A stretch of 64,000 nt of DNA from assembly GCA_030390025.1 (NCBI GenBank), contig CM059433.1, positions 23,810,001 through 23,874,000 on the forward strand, given 5' to 3'. Positions 25,621-39,665 of this stretch are shown here, in pieces. This DNA comes from Squalus acanthias (taxonomy: Eukaryota). The notes beneath the pieces were generated by a model, which saw nothing but the letters and a program-made list of their open reading frames with translations, had not been told where the DNA came from and ran no database searches. The position numbers and the translations under genes are program-made. Numbering within the stretch: the first letter of the stretch is position 1; each line of letters starts with the position of its first letter.

Positions 25621-27286
25621 TTATTGATTACTCAAATTCTCTCCCGGCCAGCATTATATCCAGCACCCTCCATAAACTTCAGCTCATCTAAAACTCCCGT
25701 CTCGCACCCACTCCCACACATCTATCACCTGTGCTTGCTGACCTACATTTATCCCCAGTCCCCCAGATTAAAATTCTCATCCTCATGTTTAAACACCTTC
25801 AAAGCCTCACCCTTGCCTATTTCTGTTACCTCCCCCAGACCTCAACTCCCCCAGGTCTGTTCATCAGACATTGCCTTTTGTGCATGCCTCACTCCCTTCA
25901 ACTCACTACTGGTGGCTCTGCCTTCAGGACCAAGGTCCCACATTCTGGAATTCCATGCCTCTGGCTCTCTACCTCCCTCTTCTCCTTGGAACCCACTTCG
26001 GACCAAGCTTTTGGTCACCTCTCCAAATATCTCATCCTTTGGCTTGGCGTCTAATTATTTACGATTATGCCTCTCAAGTGCCTTGGGACATTTTTGCTAG
26101 ATTAAAAGGTACAATGTAAATGTTGTTTGGGTTCAGTTTCATACTCAAATGGGGGTAACTAAACAATCTTTTACCTTTCAACACTAAGCACCCAGATCAC
26201 CCCAAAATTAGTTTTATTCAGCTGCGTATAATAAAATACAAAAAGAACATACCAATAAAAGAACAAAAAAGGCTTGTCTTGGGATCCATTTTAGCTCCTG
26301 CCTTGCACTTCCTATGGCAGACTCATTCTAGGGTGGTGTCAGTTCTTTGGTACCTCTTTCAAGTGATCATTCTTCATGTGAGGCCAGCCAGTGAATGTCA
26401 GCAGACTATTTTTCATTGGTGTGCATCAGCACCAAATCCAATCATGTTCTTACCAAAGCACCACATATTCACTTTCTAGCAGGGGATACCGAACCGTAAT
26501 CAGGTGCTTTTCCACTCCCTACCTCTAGGGTAGAGACCAACAACACCAGAGATTAGCCTAACTCAGCACAAACCTTCCTGGCATGCATGCCTTAACTATT
26601 AGTTGGCAAATTAATGATCTGATATAAGTTATTAAGAGGACAGCTATGATCCAATTCCCTTCTGAGCAGTTAAACAATCATTCATTTGCAATAAGATCAC
26701 CAACTAGCTAGTGTTTCTGATGGTCTTGCTTGAGGGAGGAAAGTTGGTGAGCTCATTAAGAGGACTCTATGCCTTTCTTCCAGTAGTGCCATGAAATCTT
26801 TAACGCCCACCCAAACCACTGGAACAGGCAGAGGGGGACACATGCAACGTACTACACTCAGTATTGCACTGGAGTATCAGTCTAGATTACGTGCTCAACT
26901 CCTGAAGTGGAGTTTGAACCTATAATCTTCTGACTCAAAGACAAGAGTGTTACCAACTAAAGCAAGCTGACACTTATTAAATGAATAATTACGAACTGGT
27001 ATTAAATGATTAAGATGTTTTACAGCTAACAGAGTAAGAGAATTCTAAATGTTTTGAAGTGCTGGTGGCCTGTGTTTTGTTCAATGTTACCTGCAACAAC
27101 CACCCAAATGTTTAAAGTGCAAAATAGTAAGAACTTGTGCAGGACTCCAGGTGTAGGTTGGAAGAAGTGCATCAATGTGTCAGCAGAGCTCAGAGCAGGT
27201 GCAGAAGGAAATGGCTCAAGGTCAAAGAGAGCAAATCAGACCCCACAAACTGGGCTTCAGCAATGGACAGACTGACTCAATTTTTA

Positions 27287-27490
<204 letters not shown>

Positions 27491-28265
27491 TTATAAGTTT
27501 CAACAAATACAGGATTATCTGACGTCACTTGCTCTGTAATCATTTACAATATATTTCATTGGCTCGGAAGAGAGTAAACGTATTAATTCAATAGAATTTC
27601 ACAGTAATTAAAGTATCTAGCAATATAACTTTCAATATGCTGCATGTACAAGAGAAGAACAGTAGTGTTATAAATTATCAATACACTGCAACAAGGTTAG
27701 TGCATAGGTTGCAATAATTAGGTGATCTTATTTATAACCTGTTCACCACTATTGCAAATGTTTGCAGTTTTCAAAATACAGTACACGCATTGTATCTGCA
27801 AATATCCACATTTTTGCCAGTGAATATTATAACATCTTCAGAACCACTATACAATTCTCAACTCACTCATTTCTCCATATATTTCAAAACAGTTCAATGG
27901 TTTTGTTAGAATTAGGTCCTAAAGTCACCGAGTTTCAGAAACTTTTTTTAGACCAGTGTTGCTTCCAACCCGAGGTCCCGTCAAAGTGGCTTTTAAAAGC
28001 ACGCCTACCAGAATTTGGGTTGAGCTAGTAATTTTGGAATCAATTTCGGAATATTAAAGCTCAAAGTTAAATTCTAAATCATCAAAAAATGGCTCAGAAC
28101 TGAAAAGGTTGTCACACCATATGATTTCTCCCCCAATCTTTTACAACAATTATTTTTCCAACTTCAATTTTCTTCTCATTTCTCCTGAGAGCACTTAAAC
28201 TAGCTGGGATATAGTTCCACAAACACACCCACGCTTAAGTCTTACCCAATCGACCATTGTTATTG

Positions 28266-28858
28266 AGGCAGAAATTCCGGTCCCTACGGGCGTGTACTCA
28301 CCCGTAGGGCCAACGGAAATGCCAGTTTTAGGCATGCGCTGGAAACCGGCATTTCCGATCTGTCAAGACAGCTCGACAGATCCTCTGGCTGCGCTGGAGC
28401 AGCACCTCTGCGGGTGGAGAGTTCCGTTTTTTGGAGACCCTCCGCCCGCAGAAAACACTTACAATTCTTGCACCTGTAAAAGCAGGCGCAAGGCCTGCTT
28501 TTACCAGGCTGAGTTGTAGTAAAAAAAATAATTTTTCCCAATGATTCATCATTTTAAAATACTTTAAAGAAAGGCAAGTTTATTTTTAGTCCAGTTAAAA
28601 ACTTTAATTATTTTTTTCAAAAATTTAAATTTGTTTAAAATAGTTAATTTATATAATTTAGTCATTTTAAAATGTGATTTTTTTTTTAATTTTTGAAGTT
28701 TTACTTATGTTTTGGGGCCGATCTCTATTCATAGCTTTGACAGGTCTTCCTATCAAATCTATGAATGGAGATTCCCTGCTCTGATTGGCTCCCCATGGCT
28801 CACGTGATCCCAGGGACGCTGCGAACTACCTGCGCCCCTGGGATACGCGTGCCCTGCA
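28266..28858. mobile_element. MITE related to the 51264 family, truncated by a LINE tail
   Basis: Starts aggcagaaattcc; same hairpin, AT-rich core and cacgtgatccc organisation. Confidence 0.6.
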
Positions 28859-31309
28859 CGATGTCTACCACCTAGAAGGACAAGGTCAGCAGGCGCATGG
28901 GAACACCATCACCTCCAAGTTGCATACCATCCTGACTTGGAAATATATTGCCGTTCCTTCACTGTCGCTGGGTCAAAATCCTGGAACTCACTGTCTTCCA
29001 GCACTGTGGGAGTACCTTCACCACACTGACTGCAGCAGTTCAAGAAAGCGGATCACCAGCACCTTCTCACGGGCAATTAGGGATGGGCAATAAATGCTGG
29101 CCTTGCCAGCGACGCCCACATCCCAGGAACAATTTTTTTTTAAAAGCACCCTGGTATGGAACCTGGAATTGCCTGGTCTATATGACTCAGTTCCACTTGG
29201 ATAGTGTACACCGCAACTGTTAGGCTTTTGGGATTTTACACTAGATGTTTCCTTGGGTTGAGCATGACTGGAAATTCCTGTATTGGACTTCAAGTATCCC
29301 CTGAACCAAGCTTCAGCTGCCTGATATCTAGGCAAATGTAGCAAGACCCAGGGGTCAAACAAAAGAACCCTCATCATTCTACCACAACGTGATGATCTTG
29401 TCTTCCGTCGGTGTTATATGCTCTATCGGACTATGGCTCAAGCTATAAACTATGAGACATATTTATTAAACATGAAGGGGTAGGTAGAGTTTCCGCTTTG
29501 GGCACAATTGGGAAATTGCGCTAAAATTGCAGTGGTTAGGTTACAGTTCAAGTTTCCAATAAAATTAATTTGCATAATGACAAACGTAAAATCTTCAATG
29601 AATCAATGCAATTGGGCAGCATAATAGAATGTTGTTTCTTTTTTCCCCCCTCTTTCCATTAAAAAGTATTCTTTGATATATTTAAGAGTGGTAATCTGGT
29701 GCAGTTTTATTAACAGTTGAAAATGGGTACATCACTAAAAATAAGCATTTTTAATAAGTGTCCAGTCCTCCACTGAAAACTACTTTAAAAAAAACTATAC
29801 TGAACCATTTAATAGTTTCATTGGTGTACACTAGTCAGTTTTTTAGTAAATTAAATTTTTTTTGAAAGAAAAAGTTTTAAAATGTGCCTACTAGTGCCTG
29901 TGCACCTAAGAAAATGAGCGCAATTTGAAGAGCCTTCCCAAACCAGCGCAATTGTCAGAATCTCGCAATTCAGACCTGGGGGCGTGGCCAGTTTTGTGGG
30001 CGGGGCCTGATCCGGCAAAACGCTTTATTTTTGCGGCAACTACTGAGTCAATGGAGTTCTTTAAATTTGAATTTTTCCAAAGTTTTAGTGGCCAATCGCA
30101 AGAATCACAATGCGTTTGGCAGACAACTACAAACTAGACTCAATGGTCCAGCTTGATGATTTCTCTTGCCCTACTAAAAGTTTCCAAGTGGATATAAAAA
30201 GGGAATCCAGTTTGAAGGACTGTTTACTATGGAACTTTTTAAACTTGTAGATAAATTAAACTATATTCCACCCCTACTCCATTATATCCAAGATAACAAA
30301 AGGCAGTGCAACCAGAAAGTGAGGTTTCCTAGTTTAAAAAAAAAATCAAAATACAACAGCCCTATTGTTTAACATTAGTGGCTGCATGGTTTTCCTAATG
30401 AGTGCGATAAACAGTGGCTGTTATATCAGAAGCATTACATAACTTATCAGGAATTGCAGGACACAAAATTAATGTTACAGAGCAGCTGACTCATCATTGT
30501 TCTGTGAATACAAAAGCATACACACACGAACCTCTCTGTGGCAACAAGCATAGGGGTCACTGGTTTGTTACTAGATTTACTAGTCTTGGTCTCGCATACC
30601 AGTATGAATTTTGAGTTTTGTGCAGGCTTAGTATGAAGCCTGTACAAAACTTGACATGCACTTTTTGATGAATTTTTGTTCCAATCAAGGCAAAGGATAT
30701 CGCTGCTGAGGAACAGAATACTTATCCATTTCAGGGATTAGTATCAAGCAACCCCAGGTCAGTGCAGCACAACTAGCTAGAGGAAAACTCTCTGCACACC
30801 AATATGTCTTTGCCCCAAACTTCAGAACAGTACCTCCAACCGTAATTGCCATTTTCCACAACAGCATTCCTTACAGCTTTTTGTTCCATCTGTCCTGACA
30901 ATGTTTGTGTTAGGCTACATTTCTCATCATCCCTGTACCTCATCCATTATTTACATTAACAGTGCGTCTGCAGACTGTTTAATACAGGCTGAGCCTGTCT
31001 TCAGTCGACATTGACACGTGTAGACCCAGCAGGGGTTCCTGGATTGCAGTGAAGAGCAGAAACTCGGGCTATTTTTGCCACATCTCAAACTGGGGTGCCA
31101 AGGCCAATTATTGAGCCCCTAGTGTCGCCCTGACGGAGATCAACTAACTCAGCACATAATGGGGACCAAGCAGAGAATCTTGGACTTTTTGGCTCAGCCT
31201 CTTATTGGATAAACTCAAGTGCTCATGACCTGTTGTTCACTAGGAATAGGGTTGAGACTTCACAATCTCATTTCACGTAGAAGGCTTACAGCAAACAGAG
31301 ATTTTCATT

Positions 31310-32355
31310 TGGTCTCCTGCAATGGCTTCTCTTGCTGCTCTCGCACAGTTACCTCTCGAGTCCCCCAAGGTTGTATCCTTGGCCCCCTCCTATTTCTCAT
31401 CCACATGCTGCCTCTCAGCAACATCATCTGAAAACACAATGCCAGATTCCACGTGTACGTCGACAGCACCCAGTAGTAACTCTTGACCCGTCCACTGCCT
31501 CTGATTTGTCATGCTGCTTGTCCGAAATCCACTATTGGATGAGCAGAAATTTCCTCCAATTAAATATTGGGGAAACCAAAGCCACCGTTTCCGGTCCACA
31601 CCACAAACTCCATTCCCTTGCCACGACTCCATGCCCCTCCTGGCCACTGCCTTGAGGCTGGACCAGACTGTTCGCAACCTCTCTGTCGTATTTGACCCGG
31701 AGCGGAGCTTCCAACCCCATATCCTCTCAATCACCAAGTCCGCCTACTTCCACCTCCGTAACATCGCCCGACTCTGCACCCGCCCCCCCACCCTGCACCC
31801 GCGCCCCCCCCCACCCCACCTCAGCCCATGCCTTTGTTACCTCCAGATTTGACTATTCCAATGCTCTCTTGGCCAGCCTTCCACCCTCCATAAACTTCAG
31901 CTCATCCAAAACTCAGCTGCCCGTATCCTAAATCGCACAAAGTCCTGTTCACCCAGCACCCGAGCTCACTGACCTACATTGGCTCCTGGTCCAGCAATGC
32001 ATCAATTTTAAAATTCTCATCCTGGTTTTCAAATCCCTCCATGACATCACTCCTCCCTATTTCCGTAACCTCCTCCAGCCCTACAAGCCTTCGATATCAC
32101 TGTGCTCCTCCAATTCTGGCCTCTTGAGCATCCCTGATGTCCATCGCCCCACCATTGGCGGCCGAGCTTTCAGCTGCCTCGGCCCCAGGTTCTGGAATTC
32201 CCTCCCTAAACCTCTCCCCCCTCCTTTAAGAGGCTCCTTAAAACCTACCTCTTTGACCAAGCTTTTGGTCACCTGTGCTAATATCTCATGTGGCTCAGTG
32301 TCAAATTTTTGTTTGAGAATGCTCTTGTGAAACACTTGGGAGATTTTACTACATT
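31310..32355 (+). mobile_element. L2-type LINE 3' fragment
   Basis: [40 protein letters not shown] and SRFDYSNALL motifs. Confidence 0.88.
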
Positions 32356-32691
32356 ATGTACAGTAGTATTTAATTAGGCTTAAACTGGCAGTTACTAATG
32401 GTATACATATTATGTAAATGTTGCATTTTTACTTCAATAATTAAACATTGTTTTGAAATGAAGGAATGCTGCACTATGGAATGTATTCATGAAACACTAG
32501 TTTAAGTGCGGTGCTGCCTTTTCAGTAAATTTCTTTTCAGGAAATTTTAACATTACCTGCTCTCACATTCTATGAAGTTTTAGATATCCAGTATGTTCAA
32601 CAATATAACATCCTATCAGCAGCTTTACAACCTTATTTCATGTGCATTTGACTGGATTCGGTAATAAGAGACATTGTTGAGCCCTGCATTA

Positions 32692-32814
<123 letters not shown>

Positions 32815-34203
32815 CTAGAATGAGATAAGAAGATTCAGGCTAAATTAAGGCTAAAATTCTACTCGGGATGTGATATGACAATCTAACATAACCTACATAA
32901 CAAATATTAATGGGGAGGATGTGAGGGAGCCCAGTAACGGGCAAGGAACCCGGCAAGGCTGAGGACTTGGCAGGCCTTACTGATCTTACGACAGGGCCTC
33001 ATTTAAATAATATTGTGCAGACTCCCTCCCGACAGCTGACCAGATCGAGAGCCTGGCTGGAGGGCGGGAGCTGAAATTCTTGGCAGGAGGCAGTTGCCAG
33101 GGTCCTGTGGGGATGGACCACGAGGGGAGGGGGAAGGCGCCGGGCTGTGATCGGGAGTTTAGGGGGGTGGGGGGAGAAGCCAGAAACATCTGGGCTGCAG
33201 CATCATCGGGCCACAATTGGAGCTGGAAAGGCCGAAGGAGCTTAAAAACAGGCTAAGTTGCAAAGCTTACCTGGGCCTCTGCTGGCCAGTCGGCACCACC
33301 CGCTATGGTTCGACTGCCAGGTTTCACACTGTGCTGGCCTCCCTCTAACTCGACATTTAAGATCACGTCATGGTACCAATAACATAATCGGGCCATAATT
33401 TTTGAACATTAACTCGGCCCCTGACGGTCTTTTTTGGCCTGATCCGATGGCCTGATTTGGGACAGTTAAAATTTCAACGGCCAGGAATGCTCAATCCCAA
33501 TATTTTAACCCAACCCTCCCTGCCCATCTGAGGGCAGGGAGGGTTAAAATTGATGCCATGATATTCACAAAAAATTAGGTTTCTTTTCACAGCTCAGCAA
33601 GGCTAGTCAAAATTTGAATAAAATAGTGTATTGCTCCTGAACTTTTCTTTGAATATTTCAAACTTAGAACAAGGGATGGAACAGAGCTGTTCTGTTGAGT
33701 GAAGTTGTCCAACTGAGTTTTTTCTTGTACTTTCACAAATAAGTTTCAAAAGTAAATGGCAGATGCATAAAGCTGGGTTGTATTAAAAGGTATATGTTGC
33801 AATGGAAGGAGTCGGGAAGAAGAGAGAATTGACAAGAGTACTTTGCCATGGTATACTGTTATATGTTCAAACTAGTACCAACGTAAAACCAACATTAGGT
33901 GAACATTCATGCATACATCATTTGAACTTGCTGCATTTTGGAAAACTGATTACAGTCAATCTCTAGTCTGATCCAAACTTTGAAAAACAAATCTGGTATG
34001 AAGCTACTAGAACTTGACTCCCGATTTAAAGTACTTGTCCCAAATTTTAATCTTTCAGTGCAACCTGAGTTTATTACTTGCCTTTCAATCCCTCCATTAA
34101 TCTTGCCCCTCTCAACCCAATTCCTTGATCTTCTGCAATATTATCCCTGTGCACACCCTCTGCTCCTCAGACACCAGGTAACATTTCCATTCCCTGCTCC
34201 CTC

Positions 34204-35309
34204 TGTGAAGGAATAAGCCATATAACCGATTCAGAAAAATACACTACTTTATGAAAGAATTCTGGCCTTATTAAAACATGACAAACTGGGTTTGGAAATT
34301 TAGAAACCTAACTATGAAATAGCTATGAAAGCATTCTAGCTATTGCGATAAGACAGTTGTTGACCTGGAATAACCTTATTGAAACAGAAGGTGAATGGCT
34401 CCGACAAGCTGACCGTTTGGGAACAAAACAATGGTTCACCCTGGATAAGGTGTTCTAATTTAAACTTCGTAAAGATGGCACATAAGATAAGGAACACCTG
34501 CCATCACACTGTTTTTATATGGTAAACTCAGAACACCTGGAGATGAGACAAGATTCTATAATGTTACAAGCTGATGTAGCAGTGGAGAATTGCAGAGGTC
34601 GGCAGAAAGATGACTAGGGATAATTAACTTGCATCAGCAGAAAACCTTAAAGGAGATACCACTGGAAAAGGGTATAAATATTGAACTCAAATGGGATGTT
34701 AGACTCATTTTAATCGGGCAAAGCGATTCTCGGCTTCAGAGGCGGCTCTGTAGTCTACCACTCTTTGTACCTCGGGGATCAAAGGTAATTGCTATTGATG
34801 GATATCCTGTATAGAGAACTTTAAGAACTATAATACTGTTGCGAAGTTAAGATTTAAAAGAAAGATTCTCCGTTAAAATGATAGCATTTTTTCTCTTTAG
34901 AACTGTTTAAAGTTGCGATTGACTGATTCACCAACTGTAAATTGCATGTCGGTTCTTTAATAAATCTATATATTTTTAGAATTGTCTCAAGACTTCTGTA
35001 TCAAAAACTCACAAACTCAATCTCTGTACACTCTTTGGTGAGGAGTTGCAGAAATCGGAGGGAGTTTTCCGGACCCTCATAATATCCGGGACGTTACAGT
35101 CGAGCTAAACTTATTAAAAGCACTATCTGGAGGACGATAACATTCTCGGGTTGTTCCTTTCCTTTAGGGAGAGATAGCCCGGACCTTTAAACCCAATTAA
35201 GCGTCTTTAGGATTCAGCTACCTCAAACTTTAGTTGAAAGTGAACGTCTGAGAAGTACGCCTGATCCGGGGTAGCCCTAAAGGGGCTAGGACTAGTAAAT
35301 ATCCCTTCA
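34204..35309 (+). mobile_element. Solo LTR (~1.1 kb) inserted in an L2 tail
   Basis: Termini TGTGAAGG...CCTTCA; 4-bp TSD cctc (34200-34203 and 35310-35313); TATAAATA at 34673; AATAAA at 34959. Confidence 0.75.
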
Positions 35310-35989
35310 CCTCCACTAATGGTGGTTGCACTTTAGTCAATATACCCCCACCCTCAAACTCCCTGACCCAGCCCTCCACCTAGTCGCCTCCCTTCCGGTT
35401 TACAAAAAGGCCTTTCTCTTCGACCATGCATTCACCTTATCCTAATCCCTTGCTTCCCTTTTCCCTTCCTGCCTAGTGTCCTTTACTTATTTCCTATAGC
35501 CCACATAGTGCTCAGAGACATCTCGTTGAATGTGAAAAAATCCAAGTTGTTTTGACATTTCTAAGCAAGGAATAAGAACTAAGTTTCTGTACTGTAGGGG
35601 TGCCCAAGCTACATCCTGCAATCTGGATCCAGGGCTATCCAGTTGAGTGGTGGGGTGGGGTTTCTTACTATATCAGGAACCCAGACTGAGCAGCGGCATT
35701 CATTCATTTAGGAGGTAGTAGCTGCCAGTAGTGCTGAGGAAGAGTACCGCCATTAAATTGGAGGCAGGACAGGGGAAGAATATAGTGCCAGCATGAAACT
35801 GGAAGGGAGCAGTATAAGAGTAGCACTTCGAACTGGGGCTGGGAGAGAGAGAATAGCGTAATGTTGAACAGGGGAAGGGAAAAATGGAGAGATAAGCCTC
35901 AAAAGGGATGTGAAAAAGGTTAAGCATAAAATTAAAAAGGGATAGACAGATTAGGTGAATGAAATCCATTTGCCACAGTTTTGCCCAAT

Positions 35990-37178
35990 GTAGGCAAATG
36001 TGAGGTCATCCACTTTGGACCTAAAAAGGATAGAACAGGGTACTTTCTGAATGGTGAAAGGCTAAAAGCAGTGGAGGTCCAAAGAGACTTGGGTTCCAGG
36101 TACATAGATCATTAAAATGTCATGAACAGGTACAGAAAGTAATCAAAAAGGCTAATGGAATGCTGGCCTTTATATCTAAAAAGGACTAGAATACAAGGGG
36201 GTAGAGGTTATGTTGCAGCTATACAAAACCCTGGTTAGACCACACCTGGAGTAGAGGTCTTTAAAATTATGAAAGGTTTTGAGAGTGGATAGAGAGAGAA
36301 TGTTTCCACTTGTGGGGAAGAGCATAACTGGAGGCCATCAATATAAGATAGTCACCAAGAAATCCAATAGGGAATTCAGAAGAAACTTCTTTAACCAAAG
36401 AGTGGTGAGAATGTGCGAATTGCTACCACAGGGAGTGGTTGAAGCGAATAGTATAGATACATTTAAGGGGAGGCTAGACAAGCATATGAGGGAAAAGAGA
36501 ATAGAGGGTTATGCTGATAGATTTAGATGAGGAAAGACGGGAGGAGGCTCGAGTGGAGCATAAAGGCCGGCATGGACTGGTTGGGCTGAATGGCCTGTTT
36601 CTGTGCCGTATATCCTATGTAATCCTATGTATGAGTACTGTGAGCAGTTCTGGGCACACCACCTTAGGAAGGATATATTGGCCTTGGAGAGAATGCAGTG
36701 TAGGTTTACCAAAATGATACCCAGACTTCAAGGGTTAATTTACAAGGAGAGATTACACAAATTAGGGTTGTATTCCCTAGAACTTAAAAGGTTAAGGGGT
36801 GATCTGATCGAAGTTTTCAAGATATTAAGGAGAGCAGATAGGGTAGATAGAAAGAAACTATTTCCACTGGTTGGGGATTCTAGATTAGGGGGCATAGTCT
36901 AAAAATTAGAGCCAGACCTTTCAGGAGTGAAATTAGGAAACACTTCTACACACAAAGGGTGGTAGAAGTTTGGAACTCTTCTGCAAACGGCAATTGATGC
37001 TAGATCAATTGTTACTTTTAAATTGGAGATTGATAGCTTTCTGTTAACCAAAGGTATTAAAGGGATATGGGCCAAAGGCAGGTATATGGAGTTAGGTCAC
37101 AGATCAGCCATGATCTCATTGAATGGCAGAGCAGGCTCGAGGGGCTGAATGGCCTACTCCTGTTCTTATGTCCCTATA
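35990..37178 (+). mobile_element. CR1 fragment with a younger CR1 (36254-36632) nested inside
   Basis: 5-bp TSD gagta at 36249-36253 and 36633-36637 interrupts the host HLEYC coding sequence. Confidence 0.88.
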
Positions 37179-37310
37179 ACTCTTGGCCATCTTAAATAGA
37201 TCCTTAATGTTATAGTAGCATAATACAGCTTTTTATGGAAGACCTGTGGGCTCCATGATAAACAACTCAAGTGGTCCAAAAAGAGAAAGTGTTTGAACGC
37301 AATAGCCTCA

Positions 37311-37439
<129 letters not shown>

Positions 37440-37829
37440 TTAAACAAATGGCAACCATGTTGTGCATTCATTTTTTTTTTAAGTGGAAAACATCTGCTTA
37501 CTTTAATAGAAAGCATTGTTGACATTTACATGTAAAAGATAAGCACAGGCCTGGTTCATAATAGCCAAGAAAGTATTTTTTTCAAAAGAGAACACGTACA
37601 CATAATGCAAGAACATTTCACCACTTTTCTTTAAAAAGACAAATATAAATCCCCAACAACTGGCCTTGGGTTGCTTGAGGATATCAACTTCATGGGTTCT
37701 CCCAGCACCTGCACTTTCTTGTGGAAACTGCTACGGTGCGAATATAGCTCGAGAAGCCGGGACAAAGTGTGTGCCACATCATGCCAGGAGTGGTGGCACT
37801 GGAGCCCCTTTATGACAACATACTATAAG

Positions 37830-38156
37830 TTTTCAAATCCCTCCATGGCCTCACCCCTCCCCATCTCTAATCTCCTTCAGCCCCACAATCCCCCAAGATA
37901 TCTGCGCTCCTCTAATTCTGCCCTCTTGAGCATCCCTGATTATAACCGCTCAACCTTTGGTGGTCGTGCCTTCTGTTGCCTAGGCCCTAAGCTCTGGAGT
38001 TCCCTCCCTAAACCACTCTGCCTCCCTACCTCTCTTTCCCCCTTTAAGACGCTCCTTAAAACCTACCTCTTTGACCAAGCTTTTGATCACCTGCCCTAAT
38101 TTATCCTTATGCGGATCAGTGTCAAATTTGTTGTCTTAAAATACTCCTGTGCAGCG

Positions 38157-38158
<2 letters not shown>
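37830..38158 (+). mobile_element. L2-type LINE 3' end
   Basis: GGRAFCCLGPKLWSSLP..FKTLLKTYLFDQAF. Confidence 0.85.

Positions 38159-38207
<49 letters not shown>
38159..38207. repeat. (GT)n microsatellite
   Basis: About 24 perfect units. Confidence 0.98.
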
Positions 38208-38208
<1 letters not shown>

Positions 38209-39108
38209 CCATTTCCCTAGAACATAGGCTATGCTCCTATGGCGTATTTAGGATGTGGAAGGAAGAATGATGCAACTATTCTTGGTCACTTTCAGTAAGA
38301 TTTGATTGATTTCGTAATAGTTAATCTACTTCCACTTTTTTTTTTTACATTTAGATCAATTAAAAGTAGAGCAGCAGTCATACTCTTATATCAGGCCAGT
38401 GTTTTCCACGTGGGAAGGTTGAGGGAGCTGTAACTGCGTGTTCTCACCCATCTGCAGTTCTTAAGTCACTATACTTGACTGAAAAAGGGCAGTGTTTTGG
38501 ATTGATGGTGGGAGGCAGGGGGGGAAGGGAGAAGAATAGTTGGAAGAGGAAAGAGAATAACATCCTGATTTGAGCACGTCACCCTACATTTTTTTGAAAC
38601 TGCCTTTTAATGCAACAATGTCCTAGGGTGGCAAGCTGGTATCATGCATTGTTAGAAAGTTTCTATTTAACGATTTCAATGATCTTGGTTGTAGCGTCCG
38701 ATGAAGCTACCAAGGGGAATGCGTCATTCTGGGCCAAAATTAAGTACCCCTTATTGGCTGGCCAAAGAATGGCTTAGCTAAGGAGCTGGAACAAGTCACT
38801 TTCACAATCTCTAAGAATGCCACTGCACTACAACTGCAGCATCAGTGCATAGCAATTTTGCTGTAACACTACAGTTATACTGTAGAGTCAGGACCCAACC
38901 TTGAAGGAGCGGGTCTATTCTGCTTTGCTCTGGAGTCAGATTGAGCCTTCACACTTACAGCGCTGTGAACAGGAAACCACTTTACGTGGAAGCACAATTT
39001 GCAGTACAACATACCCAATGTTCAAGGAAAGACGTGCCCTTGGAGCAGCTGTTGAAAACTAGGAGAGACAAGCACACAAGTATTTAAATAAAATGAAAAA
39101 TCACTTAC

Positions 39109-39209
39109 TTTTTAATGGCAACTAGCTCTCCTGAATCTATACTTCTTCCCATGAGAACAGAGCCATATGTTCCATCCCCAAGTTGTTTCATAGTAGTGTA
39201 ACGATTCAT
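39109..39209 (-). CDS. CILK1: CILK1/ICK (RCK-family kinase) first coding exon: [33 protein letters not shown](K). The full exon is 39109-39383, including 174 nt of 5'UTR.
   Basis: Manual translation shows the Gly-rich loop GDGTYG and the VAIK lysine in 101 coding nt. Donor AA|gtaagt at 39108; acceptor ttttatccatgtacag| before 39383. RSI and IKK resemble ICK, although several residues are MAK-like. Confidence 0.9.
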
Positions 39210-39364
39210 GTCAATGCACAGACTCTACACTTGCAGCAGATTTTGAAATGTACCCAAGGTTCCTCCTTCAATGGCAAGAAATTATTTACCCAGAATCTTC
39301 TGTTAGTGCAGCAACATATGACGTAGCCATTCGCATCTAGGTCTATACCAGTTACGACAGGCAT
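39206..39364 (-). other. 52-codon upstream ORF in the CILK1 5'UTR, stop codon overlapping the main ATG
   Basis: ATG at 39364 (A at -3), open to TGA 39208-39206 within ...ACATGA...; translation unproven. Confidence 0.5.
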
Positions 39365-39665
39365 ATTTTGGAGATGATATTACCTGTACATGGATAAAAA
39401 AAATTAAAGAGATACATGAGATTTAAACAAAAATATTCCACCAGCTATCAAAGTCCCTCTATAGAAGAAAGTTTATTTTAAGGACATTTGTAATATTTTT
39501 CCTGTGAAATTAACTGCAGCAAAAATAATGTTGCTCGCCAGAGGCACTATCCTTTGGACGCAACATTAAATCATGGTCTTGTCTGCCTATTCAAGCAGGC
39601 TTTTAAGATTCTCTGGCACTATTTAGAGAGAGCAGAGAGCTCTGGCCAACATTCTTCCCTCAACC

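Noticed and set aside
37671..37830. Coding-looking GC-balanced segment next to an L2 tail
   Set aside because: No recognisable protein motif in any frame; the listed ORF is mostly L2 sequence.
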